A DNA stretch of 64,000 bases from the human T2T-CHM13v2.0 reference genome, Homo sapiens, in NCBI RefSeq assembly GCF_009914755.1, contig NC_060935.1, one strand, 5' to 3'. How positions within the stretch are numbered: position 1 is the stretch's first letter; each line of letters opens with the position of its first letter. The notes beneath the pieces were generated by a model that was not told the origin of the DNA, ran no database searches, and saw nothing but the letters and a program-made list of their open reading frames with translations. The translations under genes were made by a program, and so were the position numbers. Shown here one piece after another: positions 11,238-23,399 of the stretch.

Positions 11238-14200
11238 TTGCCCTGGCCAGAACTTCCAACACTATGGTGAATAGGAGCGGTGAGAGAGGGCATCACTGTC
11301 TTGTGCCAGTTTTCAAAGGGAATGCTTCCAGTTTCTGCCCATTCAGTATGATATTGGCTGTGGGTTTGTTATAAATAGCTCTTATTATTTTGAGATACGT
11401 TCCATCAATACCTAGTTTATTGAGAATTTTTAGCATGAAGGGCTGTTGAATTTTGTCGAAGGCCTTTTCTACATCTATTGAGATAATCAAGTGGTTTTTC
11501 TCTTTGGTTCTGTTTATGTGATGGATTACATTTGTTGATTTGCATATGTTGAACCAGCCTTGCATCCCAGGGATTAAGCCAACTTGATCTTGGTGGATAA
11601 GCTTTTAGATGTGCTGCTGGATTCGGTTTGCCAGTAGTTTATTGAGGATTTTTGCATCAGTGTTCATCAGGGATATTGGTCTAAAATTCTCTTTTTTTGT
11701 TGTGTCTCTGCCAGGCTTTGGTATCAGGATGGTGCTGGCCTCATAAAATGAGTTAGGGAGGACTCCCTCTTTTTCTATTGATTGGAATAGTTTCAGAAGG
11801 AATAGTACCATCTCCTCTTTGTACCTCTGGTAGAATTTGGCTGTGAATCTGTCTGATCCTAGACTTTTTTTTGGTTGGTAGGCTGTTAATTACCATCTCA
11901 ATTTCAGAGCCTGTTATTGGTCTTTTCAGGGATTCAACTTCTTCCTGGTTTAGTCTCGGGAGGGTGTATGTGTTGAGGAATTTATCCATTTCTTCTAGAT
12001 TTTCTAGTTTATTTGTGTAGGGGTGTTTATAGTATTCTCTGATGGTAGTTTGTATTTCTGTGGGATCAGTGGTCATATCCCTTTTATTATTTTTATTACA
12101 TCTATTTGATTCTTCTCTCTTTTCTTCTTTATTACTGTTGCTAGCAGTCTGTCAATTTTGTTGATCTTTTCAAAAAACCAGCTCCTGCATTCATTGATTT
12201 TTTGAAGTGTTTTTTGTGTCTCTCTCTGCTTCAGTTCAGCTCTGATCTTAGTTATTTCTTGCCTTCTGCTAGCTTTTGAATTCGTTTGCTCTTGCTTCTC
12301 TAGTTCTTTTTATTGTGATATTAGGGTGTCAATTTTAGATCTTTCCTGCTTTCTTTTGTGGGCATTTAGTGCTATAAATTTCTCTCTACACACTGCTGTA
12401 AATGTGTCCCAGAGATTCTGGTATATTGTGTCTTTGTTCTCATTGGTTTCAAAGAACATCTTTATTTCTGCCTTCATTTTGTTATGTACCCAGTAGTCAT
12501 TCAGGATCAGGTTGTTCAGTTTCCATGTAATTGTGCAGTTTTGAGTGAGTTTTTTAATCCTGAGTTCTAACTTGATTGCACTGTGGTCTGAGAGACAGTT
12601 TGTTGTGATTTCTCTTCTTATACATTTTCTGAGGAGTGATTTACTTACAGCTATGTGGTCAATTTTGGAATAAGTGTGATGTGGTGCTGAGAAGAATGTA
12701 TATTCTGTTGATTTGGGGTGGAGAGTTCTGTAGATATCTATTAGGTCCACTTGGGGCAGAGCTGAGTTCAAGTCCAGGATATCCTTGTTAACCTTCTGTC
12801 TCATTGATCTGTCTAATATTGAAAGTGGGGTGTTAAAGTCTCCCACTATTATTGAGTGGGAGTCTAAGTCTCTTTGTAGGTTTCCAAGGACTTGCTTTAT
12901 GAATCTGGGTGCTCCTGTATTGGGTGCATATATATTTAGGATAATTAGCTCTTCTTGCTGAATTGATCCCTTTACCATTACGTAATAGTCTTCTTTGTCC
13001 CTTTTCATCTTTGTTGGTTTAAAGTCTGTTTTATCAGAGACTAGGATTGCAACCCCTGCATTTTTTTGTTTTCCATTTACTTGGTAGATCTTCCTCCATC
13101 CTTTTATTTTGAGCCTATGTGTGTCTCTGCACATGAGATCGGTTTCCTGAATACAGCACACAGATAGGTCTTGACTCTTTATCCAATTTGCCAGTCTGTG
13201 TCTCTTAATTGGGGCACGTAAAGGGTATTCAATTAGGAAAAGAGGAAGTCAAATTGTCCCTGTTTGCAGATGACATGATTGTATATTTAGAAAACCCCAT
13301 CATCTCAGCCCAAAATCTCCTTAAGCTGATAAGCAACTTCAGCGAAGTCTCAGGATACAAAATCGATGTGCAAAAATCACAAGCACTCCTATACACCAAT
13401 AACAGACAAACAGAGAGGCAAAGCATGAGTGAACTCCCATTCACAATTGCTTCGAAGAGAATAAAATACCTAGGAATCCAACTTACAAGGAATCTGAAGG
13501 ACCTCTTCAAGGAGAACTACAAAGCACCACTCAACAAAATGAAAGAGTACACAAACAAATGGAAGAACATTTCTTGCTCATGGACAGGAAGAATCAATAT
13601 CGTCAAAATAGCCATACTTCCCATGGTAATTTATAGATTCAATGCCATCCCCGTCAAGCTACCTATGACTTTCTTCACAGAATTGGAAAAAACTACTTTA
13701 AAGTTCCTATGGAACCATAAAAGAGCCCGTATTGCCAAGACAATCCTAAGCCAAAAGAACAAAGCTGGAGGCCTCATGCTAGCTGACTTCAAACTATACT
13801 ACAAGGCTACAGTAACCAAAACAGCATGGTACTGCTACCAAAACAGAGATATAGACCAATGGAACAGAACAGAGCCCTCAGAAATAACACCACACATCTA
13901 CAACCATCTGATCTTTGGCAAACGACAAAAACAAGAAATGGGGGAAGGATTCCCTGTTTAATAAATGGTGCTGGGAAAACTGGCTAGTTGTATGTAGAAA
14001 GCTGAAACTGGATCCCTTCCTTACACCTTATACAACAATTAATTCAAGATGTATTGAAGACTTAAATGTTAGACCTAAAACCATAAAAACCCTAGAAGAA
14101 AACCTAGGCAATACCATTCAGGACATAGGCATGGGCAAGGACTTCATAACTAAAACACCAAAACCAAAAGCAAAAAAAAAAAAGCTAAAATAGGCAAGTG

Positions 14201-15213
14201 GGATCTAATTTAACTAAAGAGCTTCTGCACAGCAAAAGAAACTACCATCAGAGTGAACAGGCAACCTACAGAATGGGAGAAAATTTTTGCAATCTACCAA
14301 TCTGGCAAAGAGCTAATATCCAGAATCTACAAAGAACTTAAACACATTTACAAGAAAAAAGCAAACAACCCCATCGTAAAGTGGGCAAAGGATATGAACA
14401 GACACTTCTCAAAAGAAGACATTTATGCAGCCAACAGACACATGAAAAAATGCTCATCATTACTGGCCATCACAGAAATGCAAATCAAAACCACAATGAG
14501 ATACTATCTCACACCAGTTAGAATGATGATCATTAAAAAGTCAGGAAACAACAGATGCTGGAGAGGATGTGGAGAAATAGGAATGCTTTTACAGTGTTGG
14601 TGGAAGTGTAAACTAGTTCAACCATTGTGGAAGACAGTGTGGCGATTCCTCAGGGATCTGGAACTAGAAACACCATTTGACCCAGTGATCCCATTACTAG
14701 GTATATACCCAAAGGATTACAAATCATGCTACTATAAAGACACATGCACACGTATGTTTATTGCAGCACTATTCACACTAGCAAAGACTTGGAACCAACC
14801 CAAATGTCCATCAATGATAGAGTGGATTAAGAATATGTGGCACATATACACCATGGAATGCTATGCAGCCATAAAAACGGATGAGTTCATGTCCTTTGTA
14901 GGGACATGGATGAAGCTGGAAACCATCATTCTGAGCAAACTATCACAAGGACAGAGAAGCAAACACCACATGTTCTCACTCATTGTTGGGAACTGAACAA
15001 TGAGAACACTTGGACACAGGGTGGGGAACATCACAAACCAGGGCCTGTCATGGGGTGGGGGCTAGGAGAGGGATAGCATTTGGAGAAATACCTAATGTAA
15101 ATGACGAGTTAATGGGTGCAGCAAACCAACATGGCAAATGTATACATATGTAACAAACCTGCACGTTGTGCACATGTACCCTAGAACTTAAACTATAATA
15201 ATAACAATAAAAA
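11238..15213. mobile_element. 5'-truncated, 5'-inverted L1PA (about L1PA5-7), ~4 kb; inverted ORF2 segment 11238-13216 (-), then rest of ORF2, 3' UTR and A-rich tail 13219-15213 (+)
   Basis: Endonuclease ORF 12310..13161(-), RT ORF 13209..13961(+) with [11 protein letters not shown]-terminal ORF 14253..14996(+). TSD ttacttcaga at 11228-11237 and 15214-15223. ORF2 is broken by stops and frameshifts. Confidence 0.95.
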
Positions 15214-16414
15214 TTACTTCAGAAATTAACCTTCCCTTGTGTTGGCAACTTTATTTTGAAAATCATTTCTTCACCATAGCATTAAATAGAAAATATGGAA
15301 TAAGAAAAGAAATCAGTTGCTGAATGTCAAGTACAGAGCAGCAAGAGTTTTTTGTTGTTGTTTTTTAAACTATTTTTCAACATAAACAAAAGTAGAGAGA
15401 ATAGTATAATGAATCCTTGTATTCATAAAAAATATAGAGGTTAGTTTACTTTTTAGTATATACTCAATCATTGAAAACTTTTTGCTTTCTTAAAACAGTG
15501 TATCAAAGAATTTTTAACCTATGTTCACACTGAAGAGAGGCTTCTAGATCTAATTTCTTTCAGCAGGCCTAGGCCCTTTTCACAAGGCAAAGGGGAAATA
15601 CAAAAGAAGTAGTGTGTAGAGCTGGAAGGGCTTTAAATAAGTCCCTTCTACGGCCTGGCCTGCTTCTTAAGATGTGATTATGGTAACAGGTGTGATAGCC
15701 CTGTGGCCAGCTTGAGGCAAAGATGGGAAGAAAAGAAAGAGGAGAGAAGGGAATGTAGGTACAGACAGAAGAAAAGGAACTGGAGGTAGGAGACAGTTGA
15801 GAAAGGAAAACTGAATTATATGTGAAATAAAATAGTGGTAACTATTCACACAAAGGGCAAGGACTTTAGAACTCAATTCCAGATCCCTCACTTGTTACGT
15901 CTGTGTCTGAATGTCTCTCTCAACCTTGCTAAGGCTCAGTTTCATCATCTGCAAAACAGTGCTAGTGATACTTACCTGGAAGGGCATCTTTGATATTGTC
16001 AATATTAGTTTATAAAATAATGTGTATAAAACCCTTGGTACATCATTAGTGGTCAATACTTGGTAATACAGATATTATTATTACTTTCATTATCTTAAAA
16101 TGCCTGGTTTTAACTTGGATTATTGCTTTCATTTCTGAAATTATGCTTTTTTTGAGAAGCAAGTACAAGACATGAGCATGTGGCTTTTCAACTTGAAAAT
16201 GAGAAACTGGGAATATGAGAGTAGTCTCAGTTACTGAAAATCTGTCATGGGGGTGAAAGAGTTGATTTTTTTTTCCTTTGGGATCCCAATAGGCAGAAAG
16301 TTTTAGGAAAATACATTTTTATTTAACCCAATAAAGACATTTCTAACAATGAGACCAGTCTAGAAATTACAAAGAGCTATCTCACAGAAGTGTTTGCAAG
16401 GATTATCGCAATAG

Positions 16415-16629
16415 ATCAGGATTTTTCAATCACGGCAGCATTGACATATTAGATCAGGTAATTCTTCGATAGGATGTGTTGTTCTGTGTATTATAGGATG
16501 TTTTGCAGCATCTTTAGCCTTGACCCACTAGAAGGCAATAGTATCCCCCACTGTGACTGTCAAAAGTGTCTCCAAATGTAGCCAGATGCCTTTTGAGGGG
16601 CAAAATCACCTACAGTTGACAACCACCAC
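16415..16629 (-). mobile_element. MER20 (hAT-Charlie) relic
   Basis: gcagcatctttagcc...cccactaga...gggcaaaatcacctacagttgacaaccac. Confidence 0.75.
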
Positions 16630-17703
16630 ATTAGATCGTTGGTTGTCCAACATAGCTTCCAGTGCTAAAGGGCTTCAGCACTTTAGAGGCCACTGTGAGA
16701 AAGGAGAATTTAAGCACAATAGAGAATTTGAGGGATGGGAGTGCTTATCTTGTGTTCTGGGGACACCAATCATGTCAGTGAGAACAGCTCACTTCCAAAT
16801 AGTCTCTGTTATGAGGATTCTGCTAAAGTATTCATAAACATCATCATCTAAAAACATATTTTGCTTACTCAACTTGAATCCTTTTTGGAATTCCATGAAA
16901 ATTATTTTGGTTACCATGAGCTCCTGAATACTTTCATGTGATGTAGACCTTTGAAAGAGAATTTGATTACTTTTAAAATTCAGAATTCTTTTTTTTCATA
17001 TTCACTGTCATCAATGCCCAAATAACAGTTTGGATATGAATCAAAAGGAAAAGTGGGATAGCAGTATAAAGCTCTAACAAGTTCATCAATAATTAAAATG
17101 ACATGAGGATAGCCTCATGTACTTGATATTTTTGTCATATAAATGAAAGGTTTGTTCTTTCCCCCTGTGGAATCTCAAAGTGTGGAAATAAGAACAGTAC
17201 ATTGTTCTTGGAGAACAAATATTGGTTTAGTGACCACTTTGGGAAATAATGTGTTTGGGTTGGTGGAAAAAGACAAGATTTTCCTCACCTCAGGGAACCT
17301 CCATTAGTTACATGAGGTTCTGGAGCCTCCCTATGGGTTGCCTCCTACAGCAAAGGACATCTCACCCTGGGCCTTCACTCTTGAGGTGGCCCAGGGAGCC
17401 CTCAGTACGAAGGCTGTGAGTGCATTGCAGGCTTGTTTCAGAAGATTCAGGTTCAGAAGTGCAAGAGATGAAGATAAAGAGGTTGGATGTATACAGTCTC
17501 CATCATAGTTTTTCTTTTCTTACTTTTTCATTTAAGAAAAAAAAGTCTTATTTCTTCTGGTTCTATAAGAATATTTTACCAAAATGACAGAGAGGAGAAA
17601 AAAGGATAATTGTAGTAAAGCAGGTTATTGGAGACCACTTCTTCCATTCTTTTAAAGAAAGATTGTTCTCTGGAAATCATCCCAGATCGGGAGAGGGGGC
17701 ACA

Positions 17704-17790
17704 GGAGGAAGGAAGGAAGGAAGGAAGGAAGGAAGGAGAAGGGGAAGGGGAAGGGGAAGGGGAAGGGAAAAGGAAAAAGGAAGGAGAGAG
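17704..17790. repeat. Polypurine (GGAA)n/(GGGGAA)n tract
   Basis: Purine-only run of GGAA and GGGGAA units. Confidence 0.9.
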
Positions 17791-17924
17791 TGAAATAAAA
17801 TACATTTTTCAATGGCCTAGTTTGGAAAATGCTGATTAATATATATTTTAAAGTGCATAGTGCCTACTAGTGTATTAATGGTTTTGAGGAGTTCTTTAAT
17901 ATATAATCTCATTAATTTTTTTGC

Positions 17925-18216
17925 TTTCTTTCTTTCTTTTTTTTTTTTTTGAGACAAGGTCTGCCTCTGTCACCCAGGCTGGACAGCAGTGGTGTGATCA
18001 TGGCTCACTCCAACTTGGACACCCGGGCTTAGCCTCCTGAGTAGTTGGGACTACAGGCACATGCCACCATGCCTGGCTAAACTTTTTAAAAAATTGTGTA
18101 GAGATAGGGCCTCGCTATGTTGCCCAGGCTAATCTCAACCTCCTAGCCTCAAGCAATACTCCTGCCTCAGCCTCCCAAAGTGCTGGGATTACAGGCATGA
18201 ACCACCCCATGCTGCC
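17925..18216 (-). mobile_element. AluJ with a small internal deletion
   Basis: Poly-T, then gagacaaggtct...cctcccaaagtgctgggattacaggcatga. Confidence 0.85.
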
Positions 18217-18329
18217 AATCCCACTAAATTTTGTTCACTCATTTAGTTAATGCTTTCTCATTTTCCCACTTTTGGGTCTCACCCTGGGAACCAACCTCAT
18301 TTTCTTCCATGTATTCACACCTTAAACTC

Positions 18330-18610
18330 CACCCATTCTCTTTGTCTGGGAACTCTTACTCATCCTTCACATCTCATCTTCATATCACTTCTGCTGAGGA
18401 GCCTTCACTAACCCTTCCCTATTAGATTAAGTTTCCTGACCTTTCCTTTTATGAGCATCCATCCCATGTACACTCTTCAACACCAGTCATTAAATTATTT
18501 GTTTAATTAATATCTGTTCTCCTCATAGACCATAAGCTCCATGAGCCCTTTGAAAGATGAATTCATAGCACAGTATGTGGTGCATAATCAATGCATATCT
18601 GTTGAAAGAG
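18330..18610 (+). mobile_element. L2 3' fragment
   Basis: actcttactcatccttca...agaccataagctccatgag...atctgttgaa. Confidence 0.55.
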
Positions 18611-19689
18611 TAAAAACCACCTAATATATAGAGTTCAGGACCTAGCTTGAGAAATGGTTTGTAGACAGAGCCTCCCCCCATCTCTTTATAGCACAGTCTT
18701 CCTTAGAGGGTGCAACTACAGAAAAGGAAATGTTGGAGGGATAAAGAAGAAAGGAGAAATATTTATTTCCAAAGTGGCTCTCATTTGGAGTAGACTGAGT
18801 CAGAATAGAGTATTTAATTAAAGTCTAATATTTGAGGTCATGGTGCTTATTTCTCTCTAACAAAAGAGGAGGGGAAATGTACCTATGGCAAAGGTCTTTA
18901 GAAAGAACCACCAAAGACAAATAGACGCAATTTGTAGATTATATCTGGTCTACGATGAAGTCATTTTTCACTCACCTCCCTTATTCTCAGTGCAAATAAC
19001 AACAGAAAATTACTTGTTCCTAATTCTGTGCTTATCTGACAAATGCGTCAATATTTCTTAGATTCACCTAGCACCTTGTAGGCTGGAATAGAACTTGACT
19101 CTGTGAGGTCAGGTTTTGCATTCACATTCATTCATGTTTTAAACATCAGTTTCTGTATGTTTTACTTATGCTTTATTAGATCTCAATTATAAATACTAAC
19201 TGTTTTCTTAAAACCACTCTATCTCATAGATATTTTAAATTGTTACAATAGTTGGCTTTAAATAAAATTTTAAGGCAAAGAAATTATTTTTATCAGACCA
19301 TCTGTTTATCACGTAGGCTTAAGAAATGGTTTATAGCTTTCCCAGATTTGGGGGGTTACAAGCTCGCTCATTTGTACTATCCCCCAAGGGAGTTTTTGTT
19401 TTCATAAGTGGAAAATAGGCAAACTTGCTGCTACCTAGAAATGAATTTGAGTAGGGCAAATATTTCTAAGCTAGATTTTACATTATGCTATTATGCTAAT
19501 TTACAGTCTCTTCCTGCCATTTCCTTCTCGGTCCAATTACTTCTGTTTGGCACTTAGAAATGTAAAATGCGTGCTTTCAAACATTTTCACTGCATAGTTG
19601 TCTTAAGAGTTCCCTTGAAGTAAAACAAAGCAATTTCCCATATGGTGATTCCCACTAAACAGTGAGTATCACATTTTTGTCAAAGATAA

Positions 19690-19935
19690 TAGTACCTACT
19701 AATTAAGTGCCTAAGAGGTTCTTTCATAGCTTTTGCAAATATTATATTATTTAATTCTTATTATATTCCTATGAGACGTGTATTGTTAACTCGGTGACGC
19801 AGAAAAGAATGTGGCTCAGAGAGACTAAATAGCATGCCCTTAAAATCACACATTTAGTTGAGGTAGAGGTGAGATACAAACACAGACCTGTCTGGCTGAA
19901 GGCATGTTATTAACTGTTCTGCACTGTCTCTCTCC
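19690..19935 (-). mobile_element. MIR
   Basis: tttaattctta...cctatgag...ggctcagagag...acacagacctgtctggct. Confidence 0.6.
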
Positions 19936-20959
19936 TGCCACACTATCCATCCATGCTGAGGGCTTTCATATTGCTAACACTGCTCTTACTTTTGGACATC
20001 TATGTAGCTGGAGTCAGAAAACAAAAATAAGTCTAAAATTACCATTTAGAACTGAGGTTTATTGAAAACACAAATATGTGTTTTCTATAGTAATGTGAAA
20101 GCTTTGGATTGTCCATACTACTAAGCTCTTCTAATAGTGTGAAGTGGTGAAATTTGAATAAATCCCCCTGTTTTTAAAAAATCTAATACTTATTTTCATA
20201 TACTGTGCCAGTTAGAAACAATCAAATCAATAATATATACAGCTATTACAAATTCAGTAGTTTGAGTTTTAGCTCACTTTTTAAGATGGAGATTAAGCTT
20301 TTCACACTGAAAGTGTAACTTCAAAGTACAAAAGACATGGCACAGAAATACTATTTTGGTCAAGGTAAAGCTAAGCTTTAAGCACTAATTTATTAGGAGG
20401 GCAAAGGTTGGAGTTTTGATTATTTAAAATGCTTCACTATTTTTCATACATGTCATTGACTTCCCTACACAAGAAGGATATCCTGATTTGATGGGTTTTC
20501 CAAGGAAATTGTGATTGTTTCTTGCTGTGGTACACCTATATTTTCTCATGGTAAAACCTCACACACGTTTGCTGACAAGATTGATGGAAATTATAGGACC
20601 TTGTGTAGTAGCAGATCGTGGATTTTGGACTACTACAGCTTGGGATGGAGACCTGTATGCTCTACTTTCTAGTATTATGACTGTGGACATGAAAATTAAC
20701 ATAATCTTTTGTTTACTTCTTTATAAAAGTGCAGTTAATTGGAATATAGTAAACTCTCCATAAGTGGATTTAGTTATGGTTGTTTCAGATAGTGACTAAG
20801 GGACCAAAGACATGGATTAAATTAAGATTTTTTGCCTCGTTCTTCAGTATGTAGTAACTGACTAAGGTTTGGCCACAGATTGGTTTAGAAACAGTCATTT
20901 GGGGGGAACTGATGACTTATTTGCCTTTTATGGTCTTCTAGCCTTAAGGATGAATGACG

Positions 20960-21420
20960 TTTTAGGTTAGGTTTCCTTGAAAACAGGCTGGCAGGCATAT
21001 TGCATGCAGCAGATTTGTTGGGAAGTATGCTTGGGACAACAATCAATAACGATTGACTAAAGAGGCAAGGCAGAACTGGAACTATATGATACAGGTCCAT
21101 AGAGGTCTCAGAAGATCTGACAGGAGCTCTGCAGATGAAATGATAGCTTACAGCGGTACTGTCTTGAAGTCAGGGGGCCAAATCTTTGTAACCCCCAATT
21201 GACCAGTCATTGGATTTGAGATACCTCCAGGGTGAGGCACTTAGACATAGGCAAGGAAGCTTTGTTCTGTGGATAGCTATTCCTGGGGCAGGTCTCAGTG
21301 GTGAGCCCTCCCAGGCAACATTTTCAGAAGCTGGAAGAATGGTGAATGAGTGTGTTGATCCTGGAAGTTGGGCAGAGGTTGGGAAGGGAAAGGGTCTGAG
21401 CAGTGCAGCACAGTGTCTAT
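20960..21420 (-). mobile_element. Ancient ERVL solo LTR (LTR16-like)
   Basis: tttaggttaggtttcc...acaggagctctg...ccagtcattggat motifs, recalled as LTR16. Confidence 0.5.
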
Positions 21421-22065
21421 TAAGTAGCTTTTAAAAACATAGATCTTTTATGAGATAATTCTCCATTTTTAAAACTAGAAATTAAATTTGGGATACATAT
21501 AAATTCTAGTTTATCTATACTAATTGAACTTTAAAAATCTGTTGTCCAAACTACAAATTTATTTACATTTGAGAAGTCTAAAGCATAGACTGTTGAAGTG
21601 ACCAAAGTAACCAAAATAATACAATCAATAGCTGGAACACATTTGTTGACTCTTCTCCTGCTTTACACCTTTATTGATTTAAAACCTGTGTAGAATGTAA
21701 CGTTTTGTTCTTCAAGTATGTAATGGATGTCTGCAAGTATTTTCCAGCTGTGCTCTGTGATTACCAAATTTAAGACTTTCTACCAAATCAAATCCTTTAT
21801 TAAGGTATGCTCTCACCTAATTTACCTGTATAAATTAAAGATGATTGGAAAAAGCCCTAACGTAAGAGAGCAAGAAACCTAGTGCTTGCTACAAAATGTA
21901 GCCTCTCTTCGTATCTAGCTGAGGTAGACATTATTTTCATACTAATTTCATGGATTCTCAGTTATGAAAGTAATGCAGAATCTGCCTTTTAAATAGAAGT
22001 AATGAATCGATGTTTACATGAATACCTCTTTATTCTTCTGTTATTATTTGTATTCAGGAACAAAC

Positions 22066-22432
22066 TGTCACATGCGTCCCTGTGAAGAGACCACCAAACA
22101 GGCTTTGTGTGAGCAATAAAGCTTTTTAATCACCTAGGTACAGACAGGCTGAGTCTAAAAAGAGAGTCAGTGAAGGGAGACAGGGTTGGGGCCGTTTTAT
22201 AGGATTTGGGTAGGTAATGGAAAATTACAGTCAAAGGTGGTTGTTCTCTGGTGGACAGGGGTGGGGGTCACAAGGTGCTCAGTGGGGGAGCTTCTGAGCC
22301 AGGAGAAGGAATTTCACAAGGTAATGTCATCAGTTAAAGCAGGAACCGGCCATTTTCACTTATTTTGTGAATCTTCAGTTACTTCAGGCCATCTGGATGT
22401 ATACATGCAGTCTTGGGATCAGAGGCCTGACA
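22066..22432 (-). mobile_element. HERV-H 3' LTR (367 bp)
   Basis: tgtca...gaagagaccaccaaacagg...agaggcctgaca, followed by ttcctgtcttct (reverse complement of the PPT). Confidence 0.95.
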
Positions 22433-22922
22433 TTCCTGTCTTCTTATATTAATAAGAAAAATAAAATGAAATAGTGGTAAAGTGTTGGGGTGGCGAAAAT
22501 TTTTGGGGGTGGTATGGAGAGATAATGGGCGATGTTTCTCAGGGCTGCTTCAAGCAGGATTAGGGGCGGCATGGGAATCTAGAGTGGGAGAGATTAAGCT
22601 GAAGGAAGATTTTGTGGTAAGGGGTGATATTGTGGGATTGTTAGAAAAAACATTTGTCATATAAAATGATTGCTGATGGCCTGGATATGGTTTTGTATTA
22701 ATTGAGAAACTAAACGGACGACACAAGGTCCGAATAAGAGAAGGAGAAAAACAAGTATTAAAGGACTAAGAATTGGGAGGACCCAGGACATCCAATTAGA
22801 GGGTGCCCAAGTGGGTTCAGCATAATTACTTGCTTGGTTGGAGAGTTTTTTGGGCTCTATCCTTGAGTTTTTTTATGTTGTCATACAGCAGGCCAGATTG
22901 ATTTAGGTAAAAACAACACTCT

Positions 22923-23198
22923 TCATTTAAAAATAGAGTCCTCTTTTTTTAGCAGTGAGTAAGTCGAGGCCTCCACGATTTTGGAGGAAAGAGAAATACA
23001 AAGCCAGCAATTGTTTGTTAAAGAAGGATTAGAAATGGCTAGGAGAGAGTGAGTGAGATTGATAGTGTGGTGGAGATAGTTGGGGAGAGGTAGAGTGTGG
23101 CATAAGAATGGGAACAAGAATAAGAGTGCATATAAAAGTAAAGAATAGGACGTTATCAGGGTGAAAGTATTGGAGGGTACCCTGTCAGCAAAGATCAT
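22923..23198 (-). pseudogene. HERV-H env remnant
   Basis: LHHTINLTHSLL...NCWLCISLSS (SU CWLC motif) lies only ~0.6 kb from the 3' LTR, so most of env is deleted. Confidence 0.8.
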
Positions 23199-23399
23199 CT
23201 ATCCACTTTAAAAGAGAATTAAGGGTGGTGGTTTGAGGTAAAACCAGGAGATATCAGTTATGATGGTTTGAAGGAAAAGTGTAAACTGCCAGTGTAAACA
23301 AGGGCAGGATATTTACGAGTAGTTGAGAATGATGAATAGGAGTGTGACTAGAGAGAAGATAGTAGGGATGACAAGTATTTGGGGTGCGGTTCAAGTTGG

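Noticed and set aside
12310-14996. Long ORFs of 283, 250 and 247 aa as genes
   Set aside because: They are fragments of L1 ORF2 in an inverted element with no 5' UTR promoter or ORF1.
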